A stretch of 63,706 nt of DNA, the filler included, from Circinaria calcarea (taxonomy: Eukaryota), in the NCBI GenBank assembly GCA_051942165.1. It is 4 parts of 4 records of this genome, joined end to end, with 100 filler letters (N's around TTAATTAATTAA, not from the genome) between each part and the next. Parts side by side here need not be neighbours in the genome. Positions count along the whole stretch, not along the records: positions 47,890 to 63,706 come from JAVECS010000349.1; 3 more parts are not named here. The stretch is one strand, 5' to 3'. Each line of letters starts with the position of its first letter. Within the stretch, counting starts at the first letter, position 1. Both the position numbers and the translations under genes were made by a program. The notes under the pieces are model-generated. The model was not told the DNA's origin, did no database searches, and saw only the letters and a program-made list of their open reading frames with translations. Shown one piece after another: positions 63,197 to 63,706 of the stretch.

Positions 63197-63706
63197 GCGA
63201 AGCTCCAAGAGAGAACATGTGCGGAGTATGGACTCAAGCATATTTGCACAGTATGAGCCCTGATACAGTCAAGTATGCGAGTTCTTTTGGTATGGTCGGT
63301 CGAGGCGAGCGCACTCTGGTAACTGCCATCGGGGAGGATGTTAGACAGTAGATTGGGAAGCTGCACAGTCCAAAAGAGCTGGTTTCAGATAGATTCCCTC
63401 GATAGACGTAGATTGCATTAAGAATATAGAACCGTTGACACGTCCAAGTTCGCACAGCTCTCCAACCTCCATATCCAAATGCGGGGAAATTCACCATCCC
63501 CCTTCGACCCTAGCTCCAATTCTCAAACGCATGACTAAAGTTCCGCGCAGCCCTGCAGCCTTTCGATGGCAACGTCGTCAGCCGCCCATAACATAAACCG
63601 TTCTCACCTCAAGCTCCAAGCCCTAAAACCGCATCCCAACTACACTCATACACTGCATCACTCCCAAATCAAAAACAAATCCCAGACCCTCCACCCACCC
63701 CACCTC

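Overview
Eukaryotic, intron-containing DNA from a filamentous ascomycete (Pezizomycotina; gene families and GT-AG introns with CTAAC-type branch points). The window is not one locus. It is four pieces (1-15882, 15983-31850, 31951-47789, 47890-63706; 15882, 15868, 15839 and 15817 bp, in descending size) joined by an artificial 100-bp spacer N44-TTAATTAATTAA-N44, so adjacency across spacers means nothing. Pieces 1, 2 and 4 are mostly housekeeping: TBC Rab-GAP, ALG2, PTH11-like receptor, amino-acid permease, C2H2 protein, RRP5, PEX12, UCH, DcpS, CEF1/Cdc5, SUN protein and a class I peroxidase. Piece 2 also has a stand-alone RapZ-C-like protein and a possible patatin relic. Piece 3 is an accessory island with AT-rich, RIP-like flanks. 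It holds a head-to-head pair of a subgroup-C (killer-toxin-like) GH18 chitinase and a six-LysM secreted protein. The chitinase carries a Kex2-delimited C-terminal domain of unknown function. Next to it are a small intracellular gene bracketed by TIR-like repeats and a large gene broken by one in-frame TAG. The best candidate for an undescribed system is this chitinase/LysM/C-terminal-domain/neighbour module, a putative fungal polymorphic toxin-immunity locus. Exon boundaries were read by eye and no database searches were run.
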